Shown: piece after piece, positions 31,251 through 41,575 of the stretch
Layout: each line of letters begins with the position of its first letter
How positions within the stretch are numbered: position 1 is the stretch's first letter
Assembly (NCBI GenBank): GCA_965207735.1
Contig: OZ242296.1
Location: 768,001 to 832,000 of the forward strand
Direction: 5' to 3'
From: Candidatus Versatilivorator sp.
GTDB lineage: Bacteria; Acidobacteriota; Terriglobia; Versatilivoradales; Versatilivoraceae
DNA length: 64,000 nucleotides
The notes under the pieces: model-generated
Databases searched by the model: none
What the model was told of the DNA's origin: nothing
The model's input: the letters and a program-made list of their open reading frames with translations, nothing else
Made by a program: the position numbers and the translations under genes

Positions 31251-32183
31251 ATGCAATCAATCGGGGCGCACGCGATGGAACAAGCTCAGACTCGCTTTCC
31301 CAGGCACCCTCCCTGGCTGAAGGTCCGCTTTCCCGGCGGAGAGAACTACCATAACCTCAAGAAGCTGGTCCGTTCCCACTCTCTGCATACCGTTTGCGAG
31401 AGTGCGCGCTGTCCCAACATCGGGGAGTGTTGGGAAGCCGGTACCGCCACCTTCATGATTCTGGGAGATATCTGTACCCGAAGATGCGGTTTCTGCGCCG
31501 TCCAGACCGGCAGACCGCTGGGGTATGACCTGGCTGAGCCCCTGCGGGTGGCTCAGGCCGTTCGCACGCTCCACCTCAGGCACGCCGTCATCACTTCAGT
31601 AGATCGAGACGATCTGGAAGATGAAGGGTCTCAGGTGTTTGCCCGGACTATTCTCGACATACGCCGGACCAGCCCGACCACCAAGGTGGAGGTACTGATC
31701 CCCGACTTCAAACGAGACTCCGCCAACCTCGATCGGGTCATCGAGGCCAAGCCGGACGTGCTGGCTCACAATCTTGATACCGTGCCGCGGCTGTTTGCCA
31801 AGGTGAAGCCCCGCGGCTCCTACCGCCGTTCCCTCGACTTGTTGAGATACGTCAAGAAACAGGACCCGTCCATCAAGACCAAGGCCGGATTCATGTTGGG
31901 ACTCGGGGAGGAGCTCTATGAAATCGAGCAAGGCATGGAGGACATGCGCTCGGCCGGTGTGGACATCCTGACTATCGGGCAGTACCTGAGGCCTTCAAAG
32001 AAACACCTGCCGCTCTTGAAGTACTATCGGCCGGAGGAATTTCACGAACTCAAGAGGAAAGGGGAGGCGCTCGGAATCCCCCACGTGGAGTCGGGTCCCC
32101 TGGTGCGAAGCTCCTATCACGCCGCCGAACAGGTGGACGATCTTCTCGCCAGAGACAGCCGGCCCTTCAAGATCCTGCAGTGA
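31251..32183 (+). CDS. lipA: Lipoyl synthase
   Basis: PPWLKV, CESARCPNIGEC, CTRRCGFC, GQYLRPS, PLVRSSYHA. Confidence 0.97.
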   Translation: MQSIGAHAMEQAQTRFPRHPPWLKVRFPGGENYHNLKKLVRSHSLHTVCESARCPNIGECWEAGTATFMILGDICTRRCGFCAVQTGRPLGYDLAEPLRVAQAVRTLHLRHAVITSVDRDDLEDEGSQVFARTILDIRRTSPTTKVEVLIPDFKRDSANLDRVIEAKPDVLAHNLDTVPRLFAKVKPRGSYRRSLDLLRYVKKQDPSIKTKAGFMLGLGEELYEIEQGMEDMRSAGVDILTIGQYLRPSKKHLPLLKYYRPEEFHELKRKGEALGIPHVESGPLVRSSYHAAEQVDDLLARDSRPFKILQ

Positions 32184-32184
32184 G

Positions 32185-32850
32185 TTAATCCCGCCGCGTC
32201 AAGAAACCCTCCAGGCCCTCGGAGCGGAGCTTTTCCAGCGCTTCCGTGGCTTTGGAACGACTCGGGAAATCGCCGACCAGGACCCTGTGGAATTCTCCGC
32301 GGGGCGATTGGAAGAGGCTAACCGTCACCGGGTCGTAGTCTCCTTCCAATCTTCTCTTGAGACGCTGAGCCCGGGACTCTTGGGTGAATGAACCCACTTG
32401 AACGGCAAGGCTCTCGGTAACCGTCTCGATTCTCAGGATTTCGAGCCGGACTCTGGCCGTCCCGGGTCGGACCATGTCGATTTCTTCGGCAGCCGCGCGG
32501 GAAAGATCGATGATGCGCCCCTTGACAAAGGGCCCGCGGTCGTTGACGCGTATCTGAACCCTTTTGCCGTTGTCCAGGTTGTGCACTCGAACAACAGTCT
32601 GGAAGGGCAAAGTTCGATGAGCCGCCGTCATGGCTTGCATGTCGTAGACTTCCCCGCTGCTGGTCCTCTCCCCGTGGAAGGGGTCGCCGTACCAGGAGGC
32701 CATCCCGTAGATCTCGGAACGCGCCACCCTCAGATCCGGGGAGCCTGGAACCGGCACCAGGAGCCGCTTCTTCCCGCATCCGGCCGAGAACAGCAACAGG
32801 GCCAAGCCGGCCCACAAGAAACAGCGGCATTGACGGTGGGACCAGCGCAT
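32185..32850 (-). CDS. rlpA: Septal ring lytic transglycosylase RlpA family lipoprotein with SPOR domain
   Basis: Lipobox [43 protein letters not shown] domain; start set at ATG 32850. Confidence 0.9.
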   Translation of the reverse strand: MRWSHRQCRCFLWAGLALLLFSAGCGKKRLLVPVPGSPDLRVARSEIYGMASWYGDPFHGERTSSGEVYDMQAMTAAHRTLPFQTVVRVHNLDNGKRVQIRVNDRGPFVKGRIIDLSRAAAEEIDMVRPGTARVRLEILRIETVTESLAVQVGSFTQESRAQRLKRRLEGDYDPVTVSLFQSPRGEFHRVLVGDFPSRSKATEALEKLRSEGLEGFLTRRD

Positions 32851-33097
32851 TGAACGAGGGCAACGGGAGTTGATTGAATTCAGGAGAGGTCTCTGGCTAG
32901 CCACTGGGTGGATCAACGAGGGAAAGTCCACCCGAGGCGGTGCTTCCCTGCTGTTCGACTTATTACGTGCCCGGGAAACCGGCCACACTATTCCTCGCGT
33001 CTTGGAACTGTACCGAAAAAACTGTTCTTCGGAGCCGACAGACCTGCTCGGGCCGGTTTTTTCCAACGGGCATCAGGGTAGCGACCTGCCGGCCGGG

Positions 33098-33337
33098 CTA
33101 AACTCTGGCATCGTCCAACGGCCAACTGTAGAGCCTGCCCTGGCGACGATCGAATTCCAACTGTCGCTCTTCCCTGTCCATCAGTTCCTGAATGTACTCC
33201 AGGACCTGTTCCTCGCCCCGTTCTGAAATCTGTTCCAGACAATTGATGATAGCGTCACGCAACTGCGTATGATGAGCGCCGGCTTTACCGGCATCCTGCT
33301 GCGAGCAGGATTGGCTCACTGACTTCGAATTTTCCAT
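33098..33337 (-). CDS. Hypothetical 79-aa protein
   Basis: Strong RBS GGAAAGGAG before ATG; helical acidic composition; AT-rich upstream region. Confidence 0.55.
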   Translation of the reverse strand: MENSKSVSQSCSQQDAGKAGAHHTQLRDAIINCLEQISERGEEQVLEYIQELMDREERQLEFDRRQGRLYSWPLDDARV

Positions 33338-33741
33338 TCTCGCTCCTTTCCGTGGGACGGTACCTCAAGTCGCCGGATTTGGGACAAAAAAGACCCTGGT
33401 TGAAGCGCCTTGCAGCGCTTCATCGAGAGGCCACGGAAATCAGGTCTCTCTGCAAAAGATACGGTCAAGAACAGGGCCACTATATTCCGAAATTTGTATT
33501 TAGGCAATACTTGTTTCTGCCTATTTTTTTCTCATTTTCGCGGTCGGAAACCGTCCCGGATTTTTCAGGTTCCTTCTAAGATTAGTTGACTCAATATGTT
33601 GTTAATTAGAGACTTATAGAAACTGTTCCCAAGCCTGAACCCACCGAGCCCGGGTTTTTGGGATCGCCAAGCGGGTCTCGAATGCCGGATAGGCGAGCTG
33701 CCTCGAAACTGCTCGGGCGCCGCATCCTTCCGGAGTTGATT

Positions 33742-35157
33742 TCAAGCCTGTCCGTCCGGCTTCAGTTTTTGCAGAATCTCTCCAACTCGTCTCTTTAGAG
33801 CGGCCTCGTCCAGCGTTGTCACGGTGCCCTGATCGAACAGCACCTTCCCCTCTGCCATGGTCAGGATCACATCCGACGCTCTGGCGGAATGAACGATGGC
33901 AGTCACCGGAGAAAACACCGGCTGGGTGTGGATTCCGGACAGATCGACCGCGATCAAGTCGGCTTTCTTGCCGGCTTCCAGAGACCCGATCGAGCTGGAC
34001 AACCCCAGTGCCTGGGCACCCCCCAGGGTTGCCAGTTGGAGTGCCTGCTCGGCCGCAAAGCCCTCCCGCGTGCTGCCGGCGTCCACCGACCCGTCTCCCC
34101 GGTCGAGCCAGGAGGGATTGAACAGGCCGAATCGCATCTCCTCAAACAGATCCATGCTGTTGTTGCTGGCCACGCTGTCGCTTCCCAACCCTAGCGGGAT
34201 TCCGGCGTGGAACAGCCGTTTCAGGTTCATCGATCCGTGGCCCAGTTTCCAATTGGACTTGGGGCAGTGGGCCACCGAGACGCGGCTCTTTCTGAGCAGG
34301 GGCATGTCGGCGGGCTGCAGCCGAACGCAGTGAACCAGCAGGGTTCCGGGGACCAGGGCCCCAAGACCGTGCAGGTATTGAATCGGACTGCACCCCGGAG
34401 TCGACCACCGGATGCCCCTGGCGCGCAGGGCATCCGCCATCGGTCCCTTGCCCGACTCGATCAGCAGGCTCTCCTCCTCGGACTCGGCCGCATGAATGCA
34501 CACCGGCAGATCTCTGGAGGCCGCCCATTGGCCGACCTTGCGGAACAGAGGCCCGCTCACGCTGTAGGGGGCGTGGGGAGACACTCCCAGAACGATCCTG
34601 TCGGAAAGGCTTCCACTGGATCGAGGCGACTGGTCGGCTGCACTCCCGATTCGCTCTTGCAGCTTCTCCAGTTTTCCCTCCAGGTCCTTTAGCCGCTCAT
34701 CGGCTTCCTCCGGCCTGGGCGAGAAGACCTCCTGAAACAAGACTCCCCGAAGGCCGCTGGCGGTGAGGGCATCCAGGCCGGCGCCCAGATCCATGGCGTC
34801 ACCCAGGGTGGTGACGCCGGCCCGAATGGCTTCGCAGGCGCCCGCCATGGCCGAGACTTCGAGGTCCCGGCGGGTCAGGAGCTCATACTTGGTCCGGGTG
34901 AGGCGCCGGATCCAGTCCCAAAAGGGAAGGTTCTCCAGGTAGCCCCGCAGCAGCGTGAGCTCCAGGTGGGAGTGCACATTGACCAGGCCGGGAAGCAGAG
35001 CCGCGCCCCTGAATTCCCGCACTTCCTGTCCGGGGTAGCTCCTGACCATGTCCGCGGCGGGGCCAAGGTCCTGGATGCGCTCGCCACTAAGGACCACCGC
35101 TCCCTTGGAAATCGGCGGGGAGCTGATCGGGATCACCCAGCTGGCGGAGAGAATCAT
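33742..35157 (-). CDS. Amidohydrolase (MTA/SAH-deaminase / SsnA-like family)
   Basis: PGLVNVHSHLE, SPHAPYS, HAAES, HCV, HCP.SN, GSDS. Confidence 0.88.
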   Translation of the reverse strand: MILSASWVIPISSPPISKGAVVLSGERIQDLGPAADMVRSYPGQEVREFRGAALLPGLVNVHSHLELTLLRGYLENLPFWDWIRRLTRTKYELLTRRDLEVSAMAGACEAIRAGVTTLGDAMDLGAGLDALTASGLRGVLFQEVFSPRPEEADERLKDLEGKLEKLQERIGSAADQSPRSSGSLSDRIVLGVSPHAPYSVSGPLFRKVGQWAASRDLPVCIHAAESEEESLLIESGKGPMADALRARGIRWSTPGCSPIQYLHGLGALVPGTLLVHCVRLQPADMPLLRKSRVSVAHCPKSNWKLGHGSMNLKRLFHAGIPLGLGSDSVASNNSMDLFEEMRFGLFNPSWLDRGDGSVDAGSTREGFAAEQALQLATLGGAQALGLSSSIGSLEAGKKADLIAVDLSGIHTQPVFSPVTAIVHSARASDVILTMAEGKVLFDQGTVTTLDEAALKRRVGEILQKLKPDGQA

Positions 35158-35930
35158 GAGGCCAGTACCCGCGGGCCGAACGGGGCCAGGCGATAGCTGA
35201 CCTTGCCGGGGGAAGAGGCTATTTCAAAACCCGTGACACAAAATCCCCCTCCAAAAAGATCGGTGACCTGTCGCCTGAACTCCTGCTGAATGGCCGCTGT
35301 CCGGGCAGGATCCCCGCTCCGGATTAGCGCAATGTCGGCCGGAAGATGCACGTCCACCGATTCTGCCGGAAGCCGGTTTTCCTCCCGATTCATGCCGCTC
35401 TCAACTCGGGAGCGCACCCGGGGACTGCGCAGGTGCCATTCGGCCACCAGGCGATCGGTGGGAAGGCGGCCGTGCAGGGTGCTGGTGCTGGGGCCGTAGG
35501 CATCGGCCACGTAGCGTCGGCAAATGACTCCCAGACCTTCCAGATTGAAGTTCGCGTTGTGGATTTCCAGCGGATCGAAGGTCCACTCGATGCGGTGAAA
35601 TCCCCGGCGGATGGCCTCCTTACGCTGGGCCAGCTTGAGCGCCCTGCCAATGCCTCTGCGTCGAAACCCGCGCAGCACCCCTAGCATCTGGGAGTGAAGG
35701 TAGGATTCCCCCTCCCGGAAACCGGGGAACGCGTTGATGAATCCGGTGACCCGCCCTCCTCCATCCAGGGCCCCCAGCACCAGGCCTCCGATCTTGTCGA
35801 GGAGCAGCAACGTCCTCAAGGGCAGCAGGTCTTCATCCTTCCAGCCCCAGGTCGCCCGCTGGATCTCGACGCATTGACGCAGTGCCTCAAGCGAGGTCAG
35901 CTCTTCGATTCGAATCTTGGAGTCCGGCAT
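35154..35930 (-). CDS. GNAT-family N-acyltransferase (COG3375-like)
   Basis: GGLVLGA, YLHS.MLGV...R..GIG..LK..QR, WTFDPL...NA..N, LPTDRL.AEW; 4-bp overlap with the amidohydrolase. Confidence 0.8.
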   Translation of the reverse strand: MPDSKIRIEELTSLEALRQCVEIQRATWGWKDEDLLPLRTLLLLDKIGGLVLGALDGGGRVTGFINAFPGFREGESYLHSQMLGVLRGFRRRGIGRALKLAQRKEAIRRGFHRIEWTFDPLEIHNANFNLEGLGVICRRYVADAYGPSTSTLHGRLPTDRLVAEWHLRSPRVRSRVESGMNREENRLPAESVDVHLPADIALIRSGDPARTAAIQQEFRRQVTDLFGGGFCVTGFEIASSPGKVSYRLAPFGPRVLAS

Positions 35931-35973
35931 GGGTTGCTATCGGTGGAGGGGGACCGCCTGAGGTGTCCCGGCG

Positions 35974-36789
35974 TCACTCGCCCACGTAGGTGAGATTGAA
36001 GAAAATGAAGTCTGCCACAAAATGGGAGACCAGGGCTGTCTCGAATCCCGCCCGCCAAAAGATGCCTCCGAACACCATCCCCGCCAGAAAGGCGGTCGTG
36101 AAGCCGAAGCTGCCATGGACCAGTCCGAACAACCAGGCGGACAGAAGAATGGAACCCAGGACCGCGAGCCACCCCAGGCGGGTCCATCCGCGATCCCTCA
36201 GGGGCTGGAGCATGCGAGCCAAAATATAGTAGAAGGCGGTCAACAGGAAGAAGCGAAAGACCAGTTCCTCGGTTGCCGCGGCCCGTAGCGACAGGACGAA
36301 GCTGTCGTAGAAACTGTCCATTTCACGCAAGTAGTACGGGATCCTTGGACTGAAGCGAAAGTGAGCGAACATGCGATGAAACGAAAGGCCGATGGCTGCT
36401 CCCGGAATGACCCCGAAGATCATGAGTCGTCGTCCCTTGCCGAGCCAGCCCGAGGGACGGTTGGCCAGGAAGGGCTGCAGGCCGGTCTTCATAGCGAATA
36501 CCGCTCCCAGAAAGGCGCAGGGCCCGTACAGACAAGACAGCCTCAGGAATTCCCACCAGGGCCAGTCCCGGCTTTGCTGGAGATTCAGGTCCGACAGGCA
36601 TTGGCTGAAGCTGGCCAGAAGACCCAGGACGGCGGCGTATCTGGCGGCCGTACGCCAATCGATTCCCTGAAAGAACCAGGGGGGGTGCCTGGCGGGCGCG
36701 CGGGGCGACCCGGTGGCTGTCGTCGTGTCTGATGGTGAGTCCGGATTCAACGGGTCGCACCCCTTTGCGGGCCGAAACTGCCGACCCAA
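35974..36789 (-). CDS. CPBP (CAAX/Abi) intramembrane glutamic endopeptidase
   Basis: EELVFR, FGLVH, HF..D motifs and TM helices; start uncertain. Confidence 0.8.
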   Translation of the reverse strand: MGRQFRPAKGCDPLNPDSPSDTTTATGSPRAPARHPPWFFQGIDWRTAARYAAVLGLLASFSQCLSDLNLQQSRDWPWWEFLRLSCLYGPCAFLGAVFAMKTGLQPFLANRPSGWLGKGRRLMIFGVIPGAAIGLSFHRMFAHFRFSPRIPYYLREMDSFYDSFVLSLRAAATEELVFRFFLLTAFYYILARMLQPLRDRGWTRLGWLAVLGSILLSAWLFGLVHGSFGFTTAFLAGMVFGGIFWRAGFETALVSHFVADFIFFNLTYVGE

Positions 36790-36857
36790 TGCCCTAAAAC
36801 AAGGTGGCTAGGGCAACGCGAAACCGTCCGAAGCACAGGCCACCCTGTCTCCCCGGT

Positions 36858-38036
36858 TCAGCCCGGGGGGACTTCGACTTCCTGACCGCACCTCTCCGCA
36901 GACAGGTAGGAGGCGTACATCACGGCCAGCGTGTCTTCCGCCAATTCCCCACCGGACTGCGGCTCCCGCCCGGTGAAGACGCACTCCATGAAGTCCTGCA
37001 GCTCTTGCGGGTAGCCGCTCATCCAGTCTTCGTCGGGCGCCGGATGGCTCCAGCCCTGCTTGGTCCCAATTTTCTCCACGATATAGACATCCCGGAGCTG
37101 AACATCCTTGGGGTTGTAGGTGGTAACGGAGTCGGTCGGATTGATATTGCAGCGGGTGCGATGGTTGTTGGCCGTGACTTCCAGCCAGTTGTGCACGCCG
37201 CCCATCACGATCTCGCTGGAGAAGATGTCGGCCACCATGCCGTCCTCGAAGACCACATGCATCTGGCCGTAGTCCTCGACATCCTGGTAGTCGGTCCGCA
37301 GCAGTCCGGCGTCCCGATAGGTGTCCAACCGGGTGATCTCATGGACCCGGGCGCTGACCGAGCGGGGACGCAACGGTCGGCCCAGCCTGGCCAGGCCTTC
37401 CTCCCGCTTGAGGTAGAGCGCTGCCGTCAGGGGGTGGCAACCCTTGCCCACGATGGAGCCTCCTCCCGCCTGGGACCAGTGCCCGTAAGCTTCTGAGTGG
37501 GATCCGCTGTGGGATTCCTCTCCCATTATCCACAGGATTTGACCCTGGCTGGAGCGCAGAATCTCCCGCTCTTTTTGAACGGAGGGCGCGTAGACCCAGT
37601 TCTCGGCATACATGAGCTGCCGCCCCGAGCGGGCGGCTTCCTCCCGTATCCGGCGAGAGCTCGACAAGGCCTCCCGCATCATGGTTTCCCTGGAAAAGCT
37701 GCGGGCATCGAAGGAGTCCTGTCCTGCCCCGAAGTAACCGGTGAGCGGCTTTTCCACAATGACGTGCTTGTTGGCTTTGAAGGCCTCGACAGCCACGGCT
37801 TCGTGCACATAGGCAGGCGCGCAGATATCCACTACGTCCACTGCATTCAACAGGCCCTGCAGGGAGTCGAACGCCGTCAGACCGTGGACACCGGCAAAAG
37901 CCGCAGCGCTTTTCCGGGACCGGGACACGACACCCACCACCTCCAACGGGACGCCAAAGACCTGCTGGTAGCAGGCCAGGTGAAAACGGGCGGCGAATTG
38001 AGCCCCAACGATGCCGACTCGAATTGTTGAATGCAT
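36858..38036 (-). CDS. Gfo/Idh/MocA family oxidoreductase
   Basis: VGIVGAQFAA..H, HVIVEKP, YAENW.YAP, KGCHP, VEDYG. Confidence 0.88.
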   Translation of the reverse strand: MHSTIRVGIVGAQFAARFHLACYQQVFGVPLEVVGVVSRSRKSAAAFAGVHGLTAFDSLQGLLNAVDVVDICAPAYVHEAVAVEAFKANKHVIVEKPLTGYFGAGQDSFDARSFSRETMMREALSSSRRIREEAARSGRQLMYAENWVYAPSVQKEREILRSSQGQILWIMGEESHSGSHSEAYGHWSQAGGGSIVGKGCHPLTAALYLKREEGLARLGRPLRPRSVSARVHEITRLDTYRDAGLLRTDYQDVEDYGQMHVVFEDGMVADIFSSEIVMGGVHNWLEVTANNHRTRCNINPTDSVTTYNPKDVQLRDVYIVEKIGTKQGWSHPAPDEDWMSGYPQELQDFMECVFTGREPQSGGELAEDTLAVMYASYLSAERCGQEVEVPPG

Positions 38037-38101
38037 GGATTCTTGTCCTCCCGTAGGGGGGACACGCGGGTGGCAAGAGAGCCCGGTGACCTTTCGACGG
38101 G

Positions 38102-39298
38102 TTATCGAGGTGTCCCGGAAGTTCCCTTGGCTCCGTCCTCAGCCAGAAAGGTTCCGAGCCTTTGCAGGGCTTCCCGCAGGATGTCTCGGTCGGCCGCGTA
38201 GCAGAGGCGCACCGAGCCTTCCCCTCCGGCCCCGAAGGCCACACCGGGAGCGAACCCGACTCGCATCCGGAGCAGAAACCTGCGGCAGAAGTCGAAAGAG
38301 TCGGACAAGCCCTCGATACGGGGAAACAGGTAGAAGGCTCCCAGCGGTTCGGGAAGCGTGACTCCCGGCATGGCCTCCAGGGCCTGCCGGCAAAAATCGA
38401 GGTTGTCCCGCAGCCGCTCTCGCATCGACTCCAACTCCGATTCCCCGTCCCGTAGAGCCGCTTCTCCCGCTTTCTGAGCCATGGCCGGAGCGTGGGAGAC
38501 CACGAACTCGTTCAGTTCGGTAGACTTTTTGGCCGCATCCCGGCGGGTCACCAGCCATCCCAGACGCCAGCCGGTCATGCAGTAGGTCTTGGAGAAGGAT
38601 TGCACCACCAGCACGGCGTCGTCCCGGTCACACAGGCGCAATATCGACGGGGCCACCTGCCCGCCGTAATAGAGGCGTTCATAGACTTCATCGGCCAGCA
38701 GCCACAAACGGTGGCGGCGGCAGAACTCGAGCAGCGACTCCTGGTCCTGCAAGGAAGCCACCCAGCCCAGCGGGTTGGAAGGCGAGGTATAGAGGAGCAG
38801 CCGGGTTCGCGTGGTGAGGCAGGACTTGAGCCGGTCGAAATCGATCTCGTAACGGGAGCCCCTCAAGACCATCGGCACCTGCCTGGGTTTGGCGTTGAAC
38901 ATCTGCACGATGGCCGAACCGTTGGGCCAGGCCGGAGTCAAGAGCAAGGCCTCGTCCCCCGGATCCAGGGCGCAGCGAATGCCGACATTGAGGGCCTGTA
39001 CCCCGGAGCTGGTAATGACAATCTCCGATCCGGGGTCCAGTTCCACCCGGTGCAGCTCCCGGTACTTTTCCGCCAGGGCCTTTCGCAGGCTGGGAAGACC
39101 GGCGTTTTCGGTATAGAAGGTGTATCCGTCGGCCAACGCCCGGATTGCCGCCTGCTTGATGTAGTCGGGCGTGGGTTGGTCCGACTCACCGAAATAGAGC
39201 TTCAGCACCCCGTCCATGGAAAAGGCGATATCGGCGATCTCGCGAATGCGTGAAGCCGGCACCGCGGCGACCGAAGATGCCAGGGGAGCCTTTTCCAT
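38102..39298 (-). CDS. PLP-dependent aminotransferase class I/II (aspartate aminotransferase-like)
   Basis: YT..AG.P.LR, SPSNPLG, ADEVY, SFSKTYCMTGWRLG, GAFY.F. Confidence 0.92.
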   Translation of the reverse strand: MEKAPLASSVAAVPASRIREIADIAFSMDGVLKLYFGESDQPTPDYIKQAAIRALADGYTFYTENAGLPSLRKALAEKYRELHRVELDPGSEIVITSSGVQALNVGIRCALDPGDEALLLTPAWPNGSAIVQMFNAKPRQVPMVLRGSRYEIDFDRLKSCLTTRTRLLLYTSPSNPLGWVASLQDQESLLEFCRRHRLWLLADEVYERLYYGGQVAPSILRLCDRDDAVLVVQSFSKTYCMTGWRLGWLVTRRDAAKKSTELNEFVVSHAPAMAQKAGEAALRDGESELESMRERLRDNLDFCRQALEAMPGVTLPEPLGAFYLFPRIEGLSDSFDFCRRFLLRMRVGFAPGVAFGAGGEGSVRLCYAADRDILREALQRLGTFLAEDGAKGTSGTPR

Positions 39299-39446
39299 GA
39301 TGGCTTCAGACTGTCCGGGACAGCGGGAAACGTTCTTGTTGAGTTGGGTCGGCACTGTTCGAGCTCGTGGCTGCCACCCAGATCACGGGAAGACCTGCCG
39401 AATTCATTGAAATAGCGGAGAGGCTGTGGTACAAGAAAACTCAAGT

Positions 39447-39523
39447 GGCGCTATGGTGTAATTGGTTAACACGCTGCCCTCTCAAGGCAGAGAGTACGGG
39501 TTCGATCCCCGTTAGCGCTACCA
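39447..39523 (+). tRNA. tRNA-Glu (anticodon CTC)
   Basis: GGCGCTATGGTGTAATTGGTTAACACG-CTGCC-CTCTCAA-GGCAG...GGTTCGATCCCCGTTAGCGCTACCA. Confidence 0.92.
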
Positions 39524-39833
39524 ACCTCCTCAAGCCCTGAAATCCTCTCCTCAATCTTCTGATCCGCGCGAAGGCACCAGGCAACCTGGTGGTCGACGCC
39601 CGATAACGCAGGTTCGATTCCGAACCTGAATTCTATCCAAACAGTATCAGAAGAAGCCACGGGCAGGCGAGTCCTTTGAGATCCACGCTGCCTTCAAGTC
39701 GTTCCCGTTCGATCTCCTCCAGGTTTAGCTGAAGGGTGATGCTGGTTGGACCGCGGAAAACATTCTTTTTGCCCTCCTTTCGATCCAGGCAAAAATCAAA
39801 GAGGAGGGCAGCGGCGCCGGTCGGAATGTTAAT

Positions 39834-39890
39834 GAACATGCATATCATTATCATTATAGTATTGACATCCTTCACCGACGCTCCTATCCT
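39834..39890 (+). promoter_or_regulatory. Fur-box-like site plus sigma70 promoter
   Basis: GAACATGCATATCATTATC (39834-39852) matches 14/19 of the E. coli Fur consensus, with an overlapping second box; TTGACA (39862)-17 bp-TATCCT (39885). Confidence 0.7.
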
Positions 39891-39955
39891 GGCCACTTGG
39901 GTGCGGCAACTGTCATTGTCAGTTTTCGCCGCTCCCCGGGAGGAGGTGTCCCTTC

Positions 39956-41197
39956 ATGTCAGAGAGTCCTTTCGTCCAACGCCTTGGCCGCAGAGCATTT
40001 CTGGGGGCACTCTTTGCCCCGACCGCTCTCGCACTTGCCGACTGGAAGGAGTTCCGCGGAAACGGCTCCAGCTTGCTTGCCGGCCGGGAGCGCCTGCCGC
40101 TGGAGTGGTCGGATCAGACCAATCTCTCCTGGAATGCCACAACTCCCGGGTATGGTCAGTCCAGCCCCGTCATCTTCGATCGACACGTCTTTGTGACCTC
40201 CGTTGAAGGGGCTCGCAAGGATACTCTGATCCTCTCGGCCTTCGACCTTGCCGACGGAAGAGTACTCTGGACCCATCGAGCGGCGCCGGCACAGTCCATC
40301 CAGGAATCGGACATGATCAGCAAGGCGGCGCCCACTCCCATTGCCGATGCCGCCGGTGTCTACGCCTTCTTTGAAACAGGCAACCTCGTGGCCCTCGATC
40401 ACCAGGGACAACTCCGGTGGGAACGCCGGCTGACGGAGGAATTCGGAGAATTCAGGGGAAGGCACGGCATCGGAAGCTCGCTTCGCCTCTGCCAGTCCGG
40501 CGTGATGGCCCTGGTGGCCCACGCCGGGCCTTCCTATCTGATCTGTGTCGATCCGCGGACAGGCAAGACCGTTTGGAAAACGGACCGCCCCAAGAAGGTT
40601 TCCTGGACGACCCCCGCGGTGACGGAGCAGGATGGTCGCGAGTTGGCGCTGGTCAGCGGCGGCGACCGCGTGGACGCCTACGATACAAAGGACGGTTCAC
40701 TGCTGTGGACCCTGGAGGGGTTCGAACGGGCCTCCGTTCCGTCACCCACCCCCACCCCGGGAGGCGCGATCATCGGTTCCAGCAAGAAGGGCTGGACCTC
40801 GGCCATCCGGTTCGGCTCGGCTGCTTCTACAAAGCCCGAGATCGCCTGGAGAGCCGCCGAGGCTACTTCCTATTTCAGCTCTCCCCTGGTGCACCGCTCG
40901 CGCGTGTATATGGTCAACAAGGCCGGCGTCGCCTTCTGCCTGGACCTCGAGACAGGTCAGGAAGTGTGGCATCAGCGGCTCGAGGGGCCCTGCTGGGCCT
41001 CCTCCATCGCGGCCGGCGATTCCCTTTACTTTTTCGGCGTGAATGGAACCGTTGAAGTCTATAGCCCAGCGGACTTTCCTTCGAAGATTGCCGAGAATAA
41101 GCTATCGGAAGAATCACGCCTTTACGGCATTGCCGTGGACGAAGGACAGTTGGTCCTCCGCTTTGGCCGCCGACTCACCTGCATCCGGCAAGCCTGA
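39956..41197 (+). CDS. Exported PQQ-like beta-propeller protein
   Basis: RRAFL Tat-like signal, DW.EFRG, GYGQSSPV, TG..VW repeats; RBS GGAGG. Confidence 0.85.
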   Translation: MSESPFVQRLGRRAFLGALFAPTALALADWKEFRGNGSSLLAGRERLPLEWSDQTNLSWNATTPGYGQSSPVIFDRHVFVTSVEGARKDTLILSAFDLADGRVLWTHRAAPAQSIQESDMISKAAPTPIADAAGVYAFFETGNLVALDHQGQLRWERRLTEEFGEFRGRHGIGSSLRLCQSGVMALVAHAGPSYLICVDPRTGKTVWKTDRPKKVSWTTPAVTEQDGRELALVSGGDRVDAYDTKDGSLLWTLEGFERASVPSPTPTPGGAIIGSSKKGWTSAIRFGSAASTKPEIAWRAAEATSYFSSPLVHRSRVYMVNKAGVAFCLDLETGQEVWHQRLEGPCWASSIAAGDSLYFFGVNGTVEVYSPADFPSKIAENKLSEESRLYGIAVDEGQLVLRFGRRLTCIRQA

Positions 41198-41274
41198 GCG
41201 GCGGCAACACTCTCGGATAGTCCTCCCGCCGTCGCTCCCTGCCATCCATTCCCTTATCTGAAACAATCGACAAC

Positions 41275-41404
41275 CGAAAAAGACAAAAGAAAAAGAGTGA
41301 TCCACGAAGGGCCACTAAGGCGTTGAGGTTAACCGCGACGGGATGTCAAGGTCGCGAAGAGATGGTCGATTTCTGATTGTTTCACTCTATGTAGAATCCG
41401 CCCG
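41275..41404 (-). repeat. Dispersed ~130-bp intergenic repeat, copy B (inverted relative to copy A)
   Basis: ccacgaagggccactaaggcgttgaggttaaccgcgacggg...aaggtcgcgaag...ggtcgatttctgattgtttcactct. Confidence 0.8.
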
Positions 41405-41446
41405 GGCGGGCCGGACTTGCCTGGAGAGTCCGATAGAAAAAATTCA

Positions 41447-41475
41447 TTGCAATTGAAATTCATTTTCATAATAAT
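41447..41475 (+). promoter_or_regulatory. Fur-box-like site within a putative promoter of the TonB-dependent receptor
   Basis: TTGCAA-17 bp-AATAAT enclosing GCAATTGAAATTCATTTTC (13/19 to the Fur consensus). Confidence 0.65.
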
Positions 41476-41575
41476 CTCCTGAGTGAAACGCCCTCCGCGG
41501 GGATTCGCTTCCGGCGCCCCATTCCCAAATCGCCACCTCAAGGAAAATCCGCACGTGCCGAAGAGAAGGAGTCGC

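Noticed and set aside
31251-32183. lipA as part of the GcvH-like/terpene cluster
   Set aside because: About 17 kb away in housekeeping context; no evidence of linkage
39560-39720. tRNA-like fragment (GGTTCGATTCC hairpin) and a TusA-like VDLKGLACP peptide on the minus strand
   Set aside because: No cloverleaf can be built, and the ORF stops a few codons after the motif; at most degraded remnants
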